Source of the DNA: Obrimoposthia wandeli
Taxonomy: Eukaryota
Length of the DNA stretch: 64,000 nt
Assembly: GCA_977020255.1 (NCBI GenBank)
Contig: CDROCS010001360.1
Location: 558,001 to 622,000, forward strand
Reading direction: 5' to 3'
Shown here one piece after another: positions 9,963 to 20,962 of this stretch. Made by a program: the position numbers and the translations under genes. The first letter of the stretch is position 1. Every line of letters begins with the position of its first letter. The notes under the pieces are model-generated. The model was not told where the DNA came from and ran no database searches. It saw only the letters and a program-made list of their open reading frames with translations.

Positions 9963-10337
9963 TTAATCTTTTATTTTTATTGTGATCTCAATTGTTTTAT
10001 TATTTAATAATTGACTTAATAAAGAAGCTAAATCATTTGATTTGAAAGTTGATTCAACCATTTGTATTTTTTCATCTTTATTTTCGATTTCTGGAATATT
10101 TTCATTTACTTCATTATAAGTATTATCAATTGTGTCTTCTAAGTTTTCAATTTTTATTTCTTCAGTTTCTTCTTCTAATGATAGATCTTCATTGAAGTCT
10201 TTAATATTTATGTTTTCACTAATTTCTTTTATACTTATTTCTTTGTTATTATTTTCATTAGAAATTGCTGTTTCTTGTCCCAGTGCTTCTAGTATATCTG
10301 ATTCGATTAGTTCATCTAATTGTGATAGTTCATCCAT
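9963..10337 (-). CDS. Acidic hypothetical protein in the flagellar operon
   Basis: 124 aa; start codon shares a base with the upstream stop; acidic linker between short terminal helices. Confidence 0.7.
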   Translation of the reverse strand: MDELSQLDELIESDILEALGQETAISNENNNKEISIKEISENINIKDFNEDLSLEEETEEIKIENLEDTIDNTYNEVNENIPEIENKDEKIQMVESTFKSNDLASLLSQLLNNKTIEITIKIKD

Positions 10338-10807
10338 TATTCAGCCTTTTTAAGTATTTCTGCATTATCGATATCTTCAAAAGCTTCAAAAATATCCTCT
10401 ACTGTATTTATTTCTGTAGCTTTAGGCTTTTTTATTGCAGTTTCTAATCTTTTTTCTATGTATAAAAGTAAATCAGTATAAGTTCTTTGACTTATATCTC
10501 CTATCCCATGATGATCCAAAAATTCTTTTGTAATTCCATCTTTTGGAAGAAGAAATTTTAAATATTTAGAGATGAAATCATCTTCAATAATTTTATTCTC
10601 ATCGATAAGAAAAATTTGATAAGGGTCTTCTATTATTAATTCTTTTAAATAACGTAATGTTGTTACATCAACTACATCTCCGTCTTCGATTTTAAATCTA
10701 ATGTTTCCATGGTCAAGAATTTTGTGTATTTCATTATTAAATGTTGTACTACCATAAATATATATATTCACAAGAAACCTCAATGTTAAATTATTTACCT
10801 TAATCAT
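10337..10807 (-). CDS. Hypothetical protein heading the leftward flagellar operon
   Basis: 156-aa ORF divergent from flgI. Confidence 0.7.
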   Translation of the reverse strand: MIKVNNLTLRFLVNIYIYGSTTFNNEIHKILDHGNIRFKIEDGDVVDVTTLRYLKELIIEDPYQIFLIDENKIIEDDFISKYLKFLLPKDGITKEFLDHHGIGDISQRTYTDLLLYIEKRLETAIKKPKATEINTVEDIFEAFEDIDNAEILKKAE

Positions 10808-10874
10808 ATCTTTATTTTATTAAAATTTAGATAAAATGATTTAGATAACAAATAAGTATATAGGATGACACAAA

Positions 10875-11933
10875 TTGAAAAATATTTTATTGACGCTTTT
10901 TCTTGCAATTACCATTTATGGTCAAACTATCAAAGATATATCAAACATTGTAGGTATAAGAGAAAATCAACTAATAGGACATGGTTTGGTTGTAGGATTA
11001 CCAGGTACGGGTGATAAAAGTCAATTTACAATGCAATCATTACAAAATCTTTTAAGAAATTCATACATTAAAATACCAGCATCTTCAATTAAATCTAAAA
11101 ATATAGCAACGGTTATGGTTACAGCAGTACTTCCTCCTTTTGCAAGGCAAGGAGATAAATTAAAATTAAGTATTTCTTCCATTGGTGATGCAAAATCTAT
11201 TGATGGTGGACAATTACTTTTGACACAATTAAAAGGTGTTGATGGTAAAGTATATGCCTTGGCTCAAGGTTCAATTATTGCGGGTGATGATATAAAAACG
11301 AATGGTTTAATTTATGATGGGGCTATTGTGGAAAATGAATTGTCTTATTCTTTAAAAGATGAAAAATATATTACACTAAGTCTTTTAAAACATGATGCAT
11401 CAATTGCATCGATAATTGAAGATAAAGTAAATAAAAAATATGGTAAAAAAATTGCAGTTGCTTATGATACTAGAACAATTGAAATATCAAAACCACATGA
11501 TACTTCAATAATACGTTTTATATCTGAAATACAAGGCATTAAAATTGATACAATGATGAAAAATAAAATTATTATTGATCCAAAAAAAGAAATTATTATT
11601 GCAGGTTCTGATATAACAATTAATCCAGTAACAATTTCAAGAAAAAATTTTACAATTAGAATTAAAAAAAGTGATCTTTCTGATAAAGCTTGGGAAGATC
11701 CTTTAAAAAATATAGGTGTTGATGTTGGGGATAATACTAAAGTTGAGAAAATTCCTGGAGCAGTTGATGTAGATATTGATAATGCATTAATTAATACAAA
11801 AAATCAACCTACTGTATCGGATTTAATGAGGGCAATGAAAACAATGAAACTTGACATTATGGAAATTATAGAAACTATAAAAATGCTTGATAGTTTAGGT
11901 GCTATTAATGCTGATGTAGAGATGGTTAGATAA
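10875..11933 (+). CDS. flgI: Flagellar P-ring protein FlgI
   Basis: TTG start; IVGIRENQLIGHGLVVGLPGTGD; DGKVYALAQG; LGAINADV. Confidence 0.96.
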   Translation: MKNILLTLFLAITIYGQTIKDISNIVGIRENQLIGHGLVVGLPGTGDKSQFTMQSLQNLLRNSYIKIPASSIKSKNIATVMVTAVLPPFARQGDKLKLSISSIGDAKSIDGGQLLLTQLKGVDGKVYALAQGSIIAGDDIKTNGLIYDGAIVENELSYSLKDEKYITLSLLKHDASIASIIEDKVNKKYGKKIAVAYDTRTIEISKPHDTSIIRFISEIQGIKIDTMMKNKIIIDPKKEIIIAGSDITINPVTISRKNFTIRIKKSDLSDKAWEDPLKNIGVDVGDNTKVEKIPGAVDVDIDNALINTKNQPTVSDLMRAMKTMKLDIMEIIETIKMLDSLGAINADVEMVR

Positions 11934-11934
11934 A

Positions 11935-13035
11935 ATGGCAGAATTTTTAAGTCAAGATGAAATTGATGCATTATTAGACATTGCGGATGAAGATGGTGCG
12001 TTAGAAGATTTACCTTCAGATGGTGGAAGTCCAAGTAAAGATAAAAGTTATGCTATATATGACTTTAAAAAACCAAATCGTATTTCTGCGGAGCAAATGA
12101 AAGCATTTAGTGCATTACATGATAAGATGTTGAGAACAACTATTAGTGAACTCTCCGCAATGCTAAGAAAAATAGTTGATGTTAAACTTTACAGTATTGA
12201 GCAAATGACATATGGGGAATTTATTCTTTCAATACCTCAAATTACAAGTTTGAATACTTTATCAATAAAACCATTAGAAGGTAGAATTGTAATGGAGTGT
12301 AACCCTGCAATTAGTCATAAAATTATTGCTCATTTACTTGGTAATGGTGAGAGTTCTTTGACTGATTCTACAGAAAAAGAACTGACTGAAATAGAATTAC
12401 AAGTATTTAACCACTTTTATCAACTTATTATGAAAAATTTAAAAAAAGCATGGGATGATGTTTCAACAATAAATCTTAAAACTGAAAGTATGGATACAAA
12501 TGCAAATGCTATTCAAATTATTTCAGATCATGAGATTGTATTATTGGTAGTATTTGAAATAACTATTGATGATGAATCAGGATTTTTATCTATTTGTTAT
12601 CCTATTTCCTATATAGAATCTTTATTGGATTTAATTGTGGAAAAAATATTTGCGGAAGCAAAAAATAGAAAAGTAAGTAAGAAAAAAGATATTAATGCGT
12701 TGATTTCTGGTTCTCAAATGAAAATTGATGTTATGCTTGCTGAAACAGAAATGGATGTTAAAGAGCTATTGGACTTAAAAGCTGATGATGTTATAGTATT
12801 TAGTAAAAATGCAACTAGTGCATCATCTAAAGTTTATATAAACAATAAAGAAAAATGGTCAGCTACTGCAGGGTCTTCAAATAATCGTAAGGCTATTCAA
12901 ATCAAGTCAAATATTGATCATGAAAAAATGGAGACATTAAATTCATTAAAAGAATTTAATGACGAAAGAGCAGAAAGAGCAAAATCAGCAAGTGATGCAA
13001 TCGCAAAACTTATAGCAACAAGAGATCAATTTTAG
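11935..13035 (+). CDS. fliM: Flagellar motor switch protein FliM
   Basis: LSQDEIDALL CheY-binding peptide; YDFKKPNRISAEQ; C-terminal SpoA domain. Confidence 0.96.
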   Translation: MAEFLSQDEIDALLDIADEDGALEDLPSDGGSPSKDKSYAIYDFKKPNRISAEQMKAFSALHDKMLRTTISELSAMLRKIVDVKLYSIEQMTYGEFILSIPQITSLNTLSIKPLEGRIVMECNPAISHKIIAHLLGNGESSLTDSTEKELTEIELQVFNHFYQLIMKNLKKAWDDVSTINLKTESMDTNANAIQIISDHEIVLLVVFEITIDDESGFLSICYPISYIESLLDLIVEKIFAEAKNRKVSKKKDINALISGSQMKIDVMLAETEMDVKELLDLKADDVIVFSKNATSASSKVYINNKEKWSATAGSSNNRKAIQIKSNIDHEKMETLNSLKEFNDERAERAKSASDAIAKLIATRDQF

Positions 13036-13104
13036 ATTTAGTATACCTTTATAAATAATTAGCTATAATCATCCAATAAATAATGAATTATTAAAAGGAT
13101 AGTT

Positions 13105-14202
13105 ATGCTTTTGACTCCTGGTCCTACAGCCGTACCTGAATTTGTAAGAACTGCTATGAGCAGTGAAACCTTACATCATAGAACACCTGAATTTGAAAAC
13201 ATCTTTAAAGAAACTAGAGAATTATTACTAGAACTATTTGATATGCCTGAAGCAGTAATGCTGGCATCAAGTGGTACTGGTGCTATGGAAGCTTGTGTTA
13301 CTAATTTAACACATAAAAAAGCTTTAACAGTAAATAGTGGAAAATTTGGTGAACGATTTGGAAAAATATGTGATGCACATAATATTCCATTTACAGAGAT
13401 TAAACATGAGTGGAATACTCCTGTAAGTATTGAAGAAATCACAAATGCAATTAAAAGTGACAGTGATATAGATGCTGTTTTTGTTCAAATATGTGAAAGT
13501 GCAGGAGGATTAAGACATCCTGTAGAAGAGATTGCACAAGCAGTGAAAGCTATTAATTCAGAAATTACAATTGTGGCGGATGGAATCACTGCTATTGGTG
13601 TAGAAAAAATAGATACAACAAATATTGATGCTATAATTACAGGAAGTCAAAAGGCACTTATGCTACCACCTGGATTAGCAATGATTGGGTTTAGCAATGA
13701 AGCTGTAGCTAAAATTGAAAAGAAATCTTTTGGTTATTATTTTAATTTAGCTACTGAAATTAAAAAACAAAAAACAAATACCACAGCATGGACTGCTGCA
13801 ACAACTTTAATTATTGGATTAGGAAGTATCTTATCTAAATTAAAAGAAAATGGATTTGATAATTTATATGCAAAAACTGCATTAAGAGCAAAAGCAACAA
13901 GAGAAGCATTTCAAGCTATTGGTTTAGAAGTGTATCCTCATAATCCTGCTAATGCAATGACTACTATTTATACAGAAGATTCAAATGCTATTAGAAAAGT
14001 ATTAAAAGAAAAATTTGATTTAAATATTGCAGGTGGACAAGATCATCTAAAAGGTAAAATTTTTAGAGTAAATCACATGGGATTAGTAGCAGATTATGAA
14101 GCATCTTGGGCAGTTAATGCAGTTGAAAAAGCATTAGATGAATTAGGATTAAGAACTTTTGATGGTACAGCTAATAAAGTCTTCATGGAAATAAATAATT
14201 AA
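13105..14202 (+). CDS. Class V PLP aminotransferase (alanine-glyoxylate / serine-pyruvate family)
   Basis: LLTPGPT, SSGTGAMEA, GSQKALMLPPG (PLP Lys), GGQDHLKGKIFRVNHMG. Confidence 0.9.
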   Translation: MLLTPGPTAVPEFVRTAMSSETLHHRTPEFENIFKETRELLLELFDMPEAVMLASSGTGAMEACVTNLTHKKALTVNSGKFGERFGKICDAHNIPFTEIKHEWNTPVSIEEITNAIKSDSDIDAVFVQICESAGGLRHPVEEIAQAVKAINSEITIVADGITAIGVEKIDTTNIDAIITGSQKALMLPPGLAMIGFSNEAVAKIEKKSFGYYFNLATEIKKQKTNTTAWTAATTLIIGLGSILSKLKENGFDNLYAKTALRAKATREAFQAIGLEVYPHNPANAMTTIYTEDSNAIRKVLKEKFDLNIAGGQDHLKGKIFRVNHMGLVADYEASWAVNAVEKALDELGLRTFDGTANKVFMEINN

Positions 14203-14204
14203 TT

Positions 14205-15050
14205 ATGATATTTGAACATGAAATACCAACAGGAAGTAGACTTTATTTTGGGAAAACTGCAAAGCTTAAAAGAACACTTGAAAATGATGCCAGCCAATTC
14301 TTAGAAGATAAAGGGTTTGAAGAAATTCTTACACCAAACTTTTCTTATTCAGGGCATCAAAGTATAGATAATGAAAAATCATTAATTACTCTAAGTGATG
14401 AAAAAAATAATAGTTTAGCGTTAAGAGCAGATAGTACTCTTGATGTTGTTAGAATTATTAGTAAAAGATTAGGACGCGCTACGTTACATAAAAAATGGTT
14501 CTATATGCAACCAGTCTTTACTTACCCAGCTAATGAAACTTATCAAATTGGTGCAGAATGGATTGGTCATGATAATATTTCTGACATGGTTAATTTAAAT
14601 TGTGACTTACTGAATAAACTAGAAATAGATTCATTAGTGCAAATTGCCAATATTAATATACCAATGATAATTTCTAAAGAATATGACATAAGTATCGAAT
14701 TATTTAAAAATGGTGAAATTGGTGCATTATTTGATTTAGAACTTGATTGGCTAACTAAACTTATTAGTGTTAAAACAGCTAAATGTTTAGAGAACATATT
14801 AGAAATTTTACCAGAATGTCTAGTAAAAGAATGTGAAAAACTTATAAATATAACAAAAGATATAGAATATGAAAATGTAAATGTATCACCAATATACTAC
14901 AGCGCAATGAAGTATTATGATGATATTTATTACAGAGTGATAAGTGATAATTTAACAATAGCAAAAGGTGGCGGATACAAAAGTAATGGTATCGATTCGT
15001 TAGGATTTGCAATATATACAGACAATTTATTAAAAGTGATGGAAGGATAA
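14205..15050 (+). CDS. hisZ: ATP phosphoribosyltransferase regulatory subunit
   Basis: EIPTGSRLYFG, LALRADSTLDV, YQIGAEWIG, GGGY; directly before purA. Confidence 0.85.
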   Translation: MIFEHEIPTGSRLYFGKTAKLKRTLENDASQFLEDKGFEEILTPNFSYSGHQSIDNEKSLITLSDEKNNSLALRADSTLDVVRIISKRLGRATLHKKWFYMQPVFTYPANETYQIGAEWIGHDNISDMVNLNCDLLNKLEIDSLVQIANINIPMIISKEYDISIELFKNGEIGALFDLELDWLTKLISVKTAKCLENILEILPECLVKECEKLINITKDIEYENVNVSPIYYSAMKYYDDIYYRVISDNLTIAKGGGYKSNGIDSLGFAIYTDNLLKVMEG

Positions 15051-15053
15051 GAC

Positions 15054-16307
15054 ATGAGTAAAGCAGACGTAATCGTAGGAATCCAATGGGGTGATGAAGG
15101 TAAAGGTAAGATAGTTGATAAACTTGCTCAAGAATATGACATGGTTTGTAGAAGTCAAGGTGGACATAATGCAGGACATACTATTTGGGTAGATGGCGTT
15201 AGATATGCATTACATTTAGTACCTTCTGGAATTTTAAATCCTAAGGCTGTAAATGTAATTGGTAATGGTGTTGTGTTAAATCCACAATCAATTATTACTG
15301 AAATGCAACAATTTGATAATTTAGAAGGTAGAATATTTATTTCTGATAAAGCACATTTAAATTTACCATACCATAGTTTAATTGATCAAGCAAAAGAGAA
15401 ATTAAAAGGTGACAATGCTATTGGTACTACAGGAAAAGGAATTGGACCTGCATATGCTGATAAGATTAACAGAATTGGTCAAAGAGCTGGCGAATTATTA
15501 AATCCTGAAAAATTATGTGCAAATATTATGAGTTATTTTAAAGAAAACAAAGTGATCTTTGATGCAATGGATGTAACGGTTCCAAACGAAAAAGATCTTT
15601 TAGCTGAACTTATTGACTACAATGAAAAAATTGGTAAATTTATTACAAATACGACTAATCTTATTTGGGATGCAATTGATGCTGATAAGAAAATTCTTTT
15701 AGAAGGTGCTCAAGGGACTTTACTTGATATTGATCATGGAACTTATCCTTATGTAACTTCAAGTGCAACTGTAAGTGCAGGTGCTTGTACAGGTTTAGGA
15801 ATTGCTCCAAGCGATATTGGAATTGTTACAGGAATTGTTAAAGCTTATACAACAAGAGTTGGAAATGGACCTTTCCCTACTGAAGATTTTACAGATGCTG
15901 GTGAAACAATGGCAGATGTTGGTAAAGAAGTAGGAACAACTACAGGACGTGGTCGAAGATGTGGTTGGTTTGATGCAGTTGGTGTTAAACACGCAAGTAG
16001 ATTAAATGGTTGTAACCAATTAGCATTAATGAAACTTGATGTTTTAGACGGTTTTGAAACAATTAAAATCTGTGTAGCATATGAAGTAAATGGCGAAAGA
16101 ATTAACTATGTACCTTCAAATATGGATAATATTATACCTATTTATGAAGATATCAAAGGTTGGGATAGTGTTGTAGGTTGTAGAGATTATAATAAATTAC
16201 CTGACACAGCAAAACAATATATTGAAAGAATAGAAGAGTTAACAAAAACTAAAGTAGGTATCATCTCAACAAGTCCAGAGCGTGAAGATACTATTATTAG
16301 AAAATAA
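15054..16307 (+). CDS. purA: Adenylosuccinate synthetase
   Basis: [36 protein letters not shown]. Confidence 0.98.
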   Translation: MSKADVIVGIQWGDEGKGKIVDKLAQEYDMVCRSQGGHNAGHTIWVDGVRYALHLVPSGILNPKAVNVIGNGVVLNPQSIITEMQQFDNLEGRIFISDKAHLNLPYHSLIDQAKEKLKGDNAIGTTGKGIGPAYADKINRIGQRAGELLNPEKLCANIMSYFKENKVIFDAMDVTVPNEKDLLAELIDYNEKIGKFITNTTNLIWDAIDADKKILLEGAQGTLLDIDHGTYPYVTSSATVSAGACTGLGIAPSDIGIVTGIVKAYTTRVGNGPFPTEDFTDAGETMADVGKEVGTTTGRGRRCGWFDAVGVKHASRLNGCNQLALMKLDVLDGFETIKICVAYEVNGERINYVPSNMDNIIPIYEDIKGWDSVVGCRDYNKLPDTAKQYIERIEELTKTKVGIISTSPEREDTIIRK

Positions 16308-16317
16308 GGAATAGATC

Positions 16318-16869
16318 ATGAAACTAAAAAAACAACATAGCCCTTATATCTCAAGAAAAATAACTAAGGATATTGTTAATTCATCTTTCATTGAAGTAAG
16401 AAAAGAAAAATCTTTTATTACTTCAGAGTGTGAAAGAATTTTAAATGAAGATATTCAAAAAGAAATTGAATTAGATGATGCTGTAGATGATTTATTAGAA
16501 ACACAAGAAGATGATATCGAATTTTATAAAGCAGATTATCGTCAACTATTCTGGATGACTAAAAAAAGAATGGCAAATGATTTTGGTGTTAATTTAAATT
16601 TTGAAGATAGATTTTCAAATATTGCACATTTAATTATGGATTATTTATACGAAGAAGATTTTATTCATTTTACTGTAAATGATAATCAAGTCAAAAATCT
16701 TATTTCAGAATCTATCAGTAATTTTATCAAAGGTTATGATGAAGCAGATTCTCTAGCATATGAAAAAATCAAAACATATAAAAGAAAACTTATTCCTGGT
16801 ACAGAAGATTATAGCATAGTATTTAATAGATTGTACGAAGAAGAATTGATAAAGAAAGGTTTAATATAA
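16318..16869 (+). CDS. DUF507 family protein
   Basis: MKLKKQHSPYIS...KRKLIPGTEDY pattern; usual purA-DUF507-carA context. Confidence 0.8.
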   Translation: MKLKKQHSPYISRKITKDIVNSSFIEVRKEKSFITSECERILNEDIQKEIELDDAVDDLLETQEDDIEFYKADYRQLFWMTKKRMANDFGVNLNFEDRFSNIAHLIMDYLYEEDFIHFTVNDNQVKNLISESISNFIKGYDEADSLAYEKIKTYKRKLIPGTEDYSIVFNRLYEEELIKKGLI

Positions 16870-16870
16870 A

Positions 16871-17992
16871 ATGAAAGAAATTTACATATATTTAGAAAAT
16901 GGAACTTATTTAACAGCTAAATCATTTGGTGCTGAAGGTACATTAGTAGGGGAATTAGTATTTAATACTTCGTTAACTGGATATCAAGAAATTATTACAG
17001 ATCCAAGTTATGCTGGTCAATTTGTAACATTTACTATGCCTGAAATTGGTAATGTTGGTGTAAATAGTAATGATAATGAAAGTTCTCAAGCTCACTGTAA
17101 AGGTGTATTAGTTAGATCTTATAATGAAAACTATTCTAATTTTAGAGCTGAAAAAAGTCTTTCAGATTTATTAAAAGAAAATAATACACTAGGTATTTGT
17201 GATATTGATACTAGATACATAACTAAAATGTTAAGAGATAATGGTGCTATGATGATGATAGCATCAACTGAAATTGATAATATTGATGAGTTAAAACTTT
17301 TATTGGATGCAAGTCCAAGAATAGAAGATATTAACTATATTGAACAAGTAAGTACTAAGACAAGCTATATTCATAAAAATGGTGCTTGGAATATGACTAC
17401 TATGGATTATAATAAAGCTGTAATGAGTGATAAAAAAGTTGTAGTAGTTGATTTTGGTGTAAAAAGAAATATTTTAAATGAATTAGTTGAAGCTGGTTTA
17501 GAAGTTGAAGTTATTCCTAGTGATTTTAATGGTGATGATTTAATTAGAAGATATGAATCTGGAGAAATTGGTGGAGTGTTTTTGAGTAATGGTCCGGGTG
17601 ATCCACTTACATTATCTAAAGAAAAAGTAGAAGTTCAAAAGCTTATTAATACTAATATTCCTATGTTTGCAATTTGTTTAGGACATCAAATGTTAAGTAT
17701 TGCTCATGGTCATGATACTTATAAATTGAAATTTGGTCAACATGGTGGTAACCATCCTGTAAAGAATACTAAAAATGTAGTAGAAATTACAGCGCAAAAT
17801 CATAATTATAATGTTCCTGATTCTATAGAAGAAATTGCAGAATTAACTCATATTAATTTATTTGATAATACAATCGAAGGTGTTAAGTATAAAAATAAAC
17901 CTATATTTTCTGTACAACATCATCCCGAAGCTAGTCCAGGTCCACATGAAAGTAAATATATATTTAAAGAGTTTGCAGACTCTATTAAGTAG
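16871..17992 (+). CDS. carA: Carbamoyl-phosphate synthase small subunit
   Basis: GELVFNTSLTGYQE, LSNGPGDP, ICLGHQ, QHHPEASPGP. Confidence 0.98.
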   Translation: MKEIYIYLENGTYLTAKSFGAEGTLVGELVFNTSLTGYQEIITDPSYAGQFVTFTMPEIGNVGVNSNDNESSQAHCKGVLVRSYNENYSNFRAEKSLSDLLKENNTLGICDIDTRYITKMLRDNGAMMMIASTEIDNIDELKLLLDASPRIEDINYIEQVSTKTSYIHKNGAWNMTTMDYNKAVMSDKKVVVVDFGVKRNILNELVEAGLEVEVIPSDFNGDDLIRRYESGEIGGVFLSNGPGDPLTLSKEKVEVQKLINTNIPMFAICLGHQMLSIAHGHDTYKLKFGQHGGNHPVKNTKNVVEITAQNHNYNVPDSIEEIAELTHINLFDNTIEGVKYKNKPIFSVQHHPEASPGPHESKYIFKEFADSIK

Positions 17993-17999
17993 AAAATTA

Positions 18000-18030
18000 A
18001 AAAGGACAGCTTCAGGGTTGTCCTTTTTTT
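18000..18030 (+). terminator. Intrinsic terminator after carA
   Basis: GGACAGC/GTTGTCC stem, 6-nt loop, T7 tail. Confidence 0.8.
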
Positions 18031-18046
18031 ATATAAAGGAATTATT

Positions 18047-18805
18047 ATGAAAGAAACAATTACATTTATTGGTAATGGTAATATGGCATTATCAATTGCC
18101 CAAGGATTAAAAGAAATATTTGACATTGAAGTTGTTGGAAGAGAAATGACTAAATTGGATAAGTTTGAAAGTAGTCTGGGTATAACTATAAGCAAAGCAC
18201 TATATGAAGATTTTGACATGAGTAATAAAAAAGTTATTTTATGTGTTAAACCTGCAAACTTAGAAGAAGTAGGAGTAAGACTAAAAGGTATTGCAAGCGA
18301 ACTTTATTCAGTACTTGCGGGAACAACGATATCATCTTTAAAAGAAAATATTCATGCAAATGCAATTGTAAGAGTAATGCCTAATTTAGCAGCAAGTGTT
18401 TGTAAATCAATGACAACAATGACTGGAGATATTACTTTAAAAATTGAAGCAGAGGAATTATTTAAAGCAATTGGTGAAACTGTTTGGTTAAGTAGTGAAA
18501 AAGAAGTAGATATTGCAACTGGTGTTGCAGGAAGTGGACCAGCATATTTAGCATTAATTCATGAAGCATTATGTGATGGTGCTGTAAAACAAGGTATGAA
18601 AAGGGTAGATGCAATTAGAGTTACAAATGGTTTATTTAGTGGCTTTGGAGAATTAATAGGTACCATTCATCCGGCACTTCTAAAAGATGGTGTTATGAGC
18701 CCTGGTGGAACTACAGCTGCTGGTTATGCTGCATTAGAAAAAGGTAATGTAAGAAGTAGTTGTATTGATGCTGTTGAGCAAGCATTTAAAATTACACAAA
18801 AATAG
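18047..18805 (+). CDS. proC: Pyrroline-5-carboxylate reductase
   Basis: FIGNGNMA, VRVMPN, GSGPAY, VMSPGGTTAAG. Confidence 0.96.
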   Translation: MKETITFIGNGNMALSIAQGLKEIFDIEVVGREMTKLDKFESSLGITISKALYEDFDMSNKKVILCVKPANLEEVGVRLKGIASELYSVLAGTTISSLKENIHANAIVRVMPNLAASVCKSMTTMTGDITLKIEAEELFKAIGETVWLSSEKEVDIATGVAGSGPAYLALIHEALCDGAVKQGMKRVDAIRVTNGLFSGFGELIGTIHPALLKDGVMSPGGTTAAGYAALEKGNVRSSCIDAVEQAFKITQK

Positions 18806-18814
18806 GATATTAAA

Positions 18815-20050
18815 ATGATAGAATTTTTAAAAAAAGCAAAACAATCCAGTAGAATAGTATCCCAACTTTCAGGAAAAGAAAAAAATAGAATTTTATTCGA
18901 GATGGCAGAATCATTAAGAATAAATGAAAATATAATTATAGAAGAAAATAAAAAAGACATGAATGATGGAGAAAAAAATAATTTATCTAGTGCATTAATG
19001 GATAGATTATTTTTGGATAAATCTAGAATAAATGCAATGGCTGTTGCAATTGAAGAAATAGCTGGACTCAAAGAACCTACTGGAAAAATTCTTGATGGTT
19101 GGATAACGGATGATGACTTAAAAATAGAAAAGGTTTCTGTGCCAATTGGAGTTATTGGAATCATTTATGAAAGCCGTCCTAATGTAACTTCTGATACAGC
19201 TGCTTTATGTTTTAAAAGTGGAAATGTGTGTGTACTTAAGGGTGGAAAAGAAGCTCAATACTCTAATGCAATTATTGCAACAACATTAAGATCAGTACTA
19301 GTTAAAAATGATCTGCCAGAAGAAATAGTATCGTTACTTCCAGATGCAACAAGAGAGGGTGTATCAAAACTAATTAAAATGGATAAATATGTTGATTTAA
19401 TTGTGCCTCGTGGAGGTGAATCTTTAATTAAATATATCTCAGATAATTCTAGTGTTCCTGTGATTAAACATGATAAAGGACAATGTCATATATATATAGA
19501 TAAAGACGCAAATATTGACAATGCAATTAAAATTGCAATTAATGCTAAATGCCAAAGACCAGGTGTATGTAATGCTATGGAAACTTTGCTTATTGATGAA
19601 TCAATTGCAGAAGATACATTAATAAAAGTAAAAAATGCATTTGATCATGAAAAAACACTTTTAAAGGGATGTGACAAGACACGAAAAATCATTGATGCAG
19701 AAACTGCAACACACGAAGATTTTCATACAGAATATTTAGCAAATATATTAAATATAAAAGTTGTTGATGGAGTTGATGAAGCTATATCTCACATTACGGA
19801 ATTTGGATCAGGTCATTCTGAATCAATTATTAGTGAAAATATTACAACTTCAGAAAAATTCTTAAACAGTATTGATGCTTCTAGTGTTTATGTAAATGCA
19901 AGTACAAGATTCACAGACGGTGGTTCATTTGGTTTTGGGGCTGAAGTTGGTATTAGTACTAACAAATTACACGCAAGAGGACCAATGGGAATTGAAGGTT
20001 TGACTACATATAAATTTAAGATATATGGAAAAGGACAGGCTCGAATATAA
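18815..20050 (+). CDS. proA: Gamma-glutamyl phosphate reductase
   Basis: PIGVIGIIYESRPNVT, VCNAMETLL, NASTRFTDG, KLHARGPMG. Confidence 0.97.
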   Translation: MIEFLKKAKQSSRIVSQLSGKEKNRILFEMAESLRINENIIIEENKKDMNDGEKNNLSSALMDRLFLDKSRINAMAVAIEEIAGLKEPTGKILDGWITDDDLKIEKVSVPIGVIGIIYESRPNVTSDTAALCFKSGNVCVLKGGKEAQYSNAIIATTLRSVLVKNDLPEEIVSLLPDATREGVSKLIKMDKYVDLIVPRGGESLIKYISDNSSVPVIKHDKGQCHIYIDKDANIDNAIKIAINAKCQRPGVCNAMETLLIDESIAEDTLIKVKNAFDHEKTLLKGCDKTRKIIDAETATHEDFHTEYLANILNIKVVDGVDEAISHITEFGSGHSESIISENITTSEKFLNSIDASSVYVNASTRFTDGGSFGFGAEVGISTNKLHARGPMGIEGLTTYKFKIYGKGQARI

Positions 20051-20142
20051 AATATATATTTATATATATTCTTTAAAGTGTCTTTTATTGTTAGTATGAT
20101 AAAGTAAATAAATTAAATTAATATAATATTAGGAGAAGTAGA

Positions 20143-20424
20143 ATGGCAGTAATAATTACAGATACATGTATATCTTGTGACGCGTGTTTAGATGAGTGTC
20201 CAACAGAATCAATTGTAGATAATGATGAGAATCCAACAGGTGAGGATATTTATTATGTAAATCCAGAAACATGTACAGAGTGTGTTGGTGATAATGATGC
20301 ACCTGCATGTGCTGATGCCTGTCCAACAGAAGGTTGTATTGTTTGGGATGACTCAAGTGTTGCTCCAGAACAACCTAGAAACGCAAATAGAGGAACTGAT
20401 GGTGAACCTTGCGTAGAAGACTAA
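20143..20424 (+). CDS. 2[4Fe-4S] ferredoxin
   Basis: CISCDACLDECP and CTECVG-x-ACADACP. Confidence 0.93.
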   Translation: MAVIITDTCISCDACLDECPTESIVDNDENPTGEDIYYVNPETCTECVGDNDAPACADACPTEGCIVWDDSSVAPEQPRNANRGTDGEPCVED

Positions 20425-20441
20425 ATTTTTAATTTAGGTTT

Positions 20442-20478
20442 AAAAAAGGCAAGAGATCGTTTCTCTTGCCTTTTTTTT
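20442..20478 (+). terminator. Intrinsic terminator after the ferredoxin gene
   Basis: GGCAAGAGA/TCTCTTGCC 9-bp stem, T8 tail, A-tract on the 5' side. Confidence 0.9.
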
Positions 20479-20482
20479 ATAA

Positions 20483-20494
20483 TTAAGCTATAAT
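20483..20494 (+). promoter_or_regulatory. Sigma70-type promoter for ndk and probably downstream genes
   Basis: TTAAGC-TATAAT about 30 nt before the ndk ATG; AGGAG RBS. Confidence 0.6.
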
Positions 20495-20525
20495 GCGCCA
20501 CTTTAATAAATAACAGGAGCACATA

Positions 20526-20939
20526 ATGGAACAAACATTATCAATTATCAAACCAGATGCAGTAGCAAAAAACGTTGTAGGTAAGATACTAGAAAGATTT
20601 GAAACAGCAGGTTTAAGAATCGCTGCAACAAAGAAAATACAATTAAGTAAAGCTGATGCTGAAGCATTTTACGCAGTACACGCTGAGAGACCATTTTATG
20701 GTGAATTAGTTGAATTCATGATTTCAGGACCAGTTGTTGTAACTGTACTTGAAGGTGAAGACGCAATGATTAAAAACAGAGATCTTATGGGTGCAACTAA
20801 TCCTAAAGAAGCTGAAGCAGGAACAATTAGAGCTGACTTTGCAGAATCAATTGATGCAAATGCAGTACACGGTAGTGATTCTGTTGAAAATGCAACAAAT
20901 GAAATTAACTTCTTTTTTGCACAAAAAGATATTTGTTAA
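20526..20939 (+). CDS. ndk: Nucleoside diphosphate kinase
   Basis: [22 protein letters not shown]. Confidence 0.98.
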   Translation: MEQTLSIIKPDAVAKNVVGKILERFETAGLRIAATKKIQLSKADAEAFYAVHAERPFYGELVEFMISGPVVVTVLEGEDAMIKNRDLMGATNPKEAEAGTIRADFAESIDANAVHGSDSVENATNEINFFFAQKDIC

Positions 20940-20962
20940 TAACTCGTTGTAGATAAATATCA

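Noticed and set aside
20051-20075. AT-only palindrome after proA
   Set aside because: Low-complexity (AT)n sequence, expected by chance in this genome.
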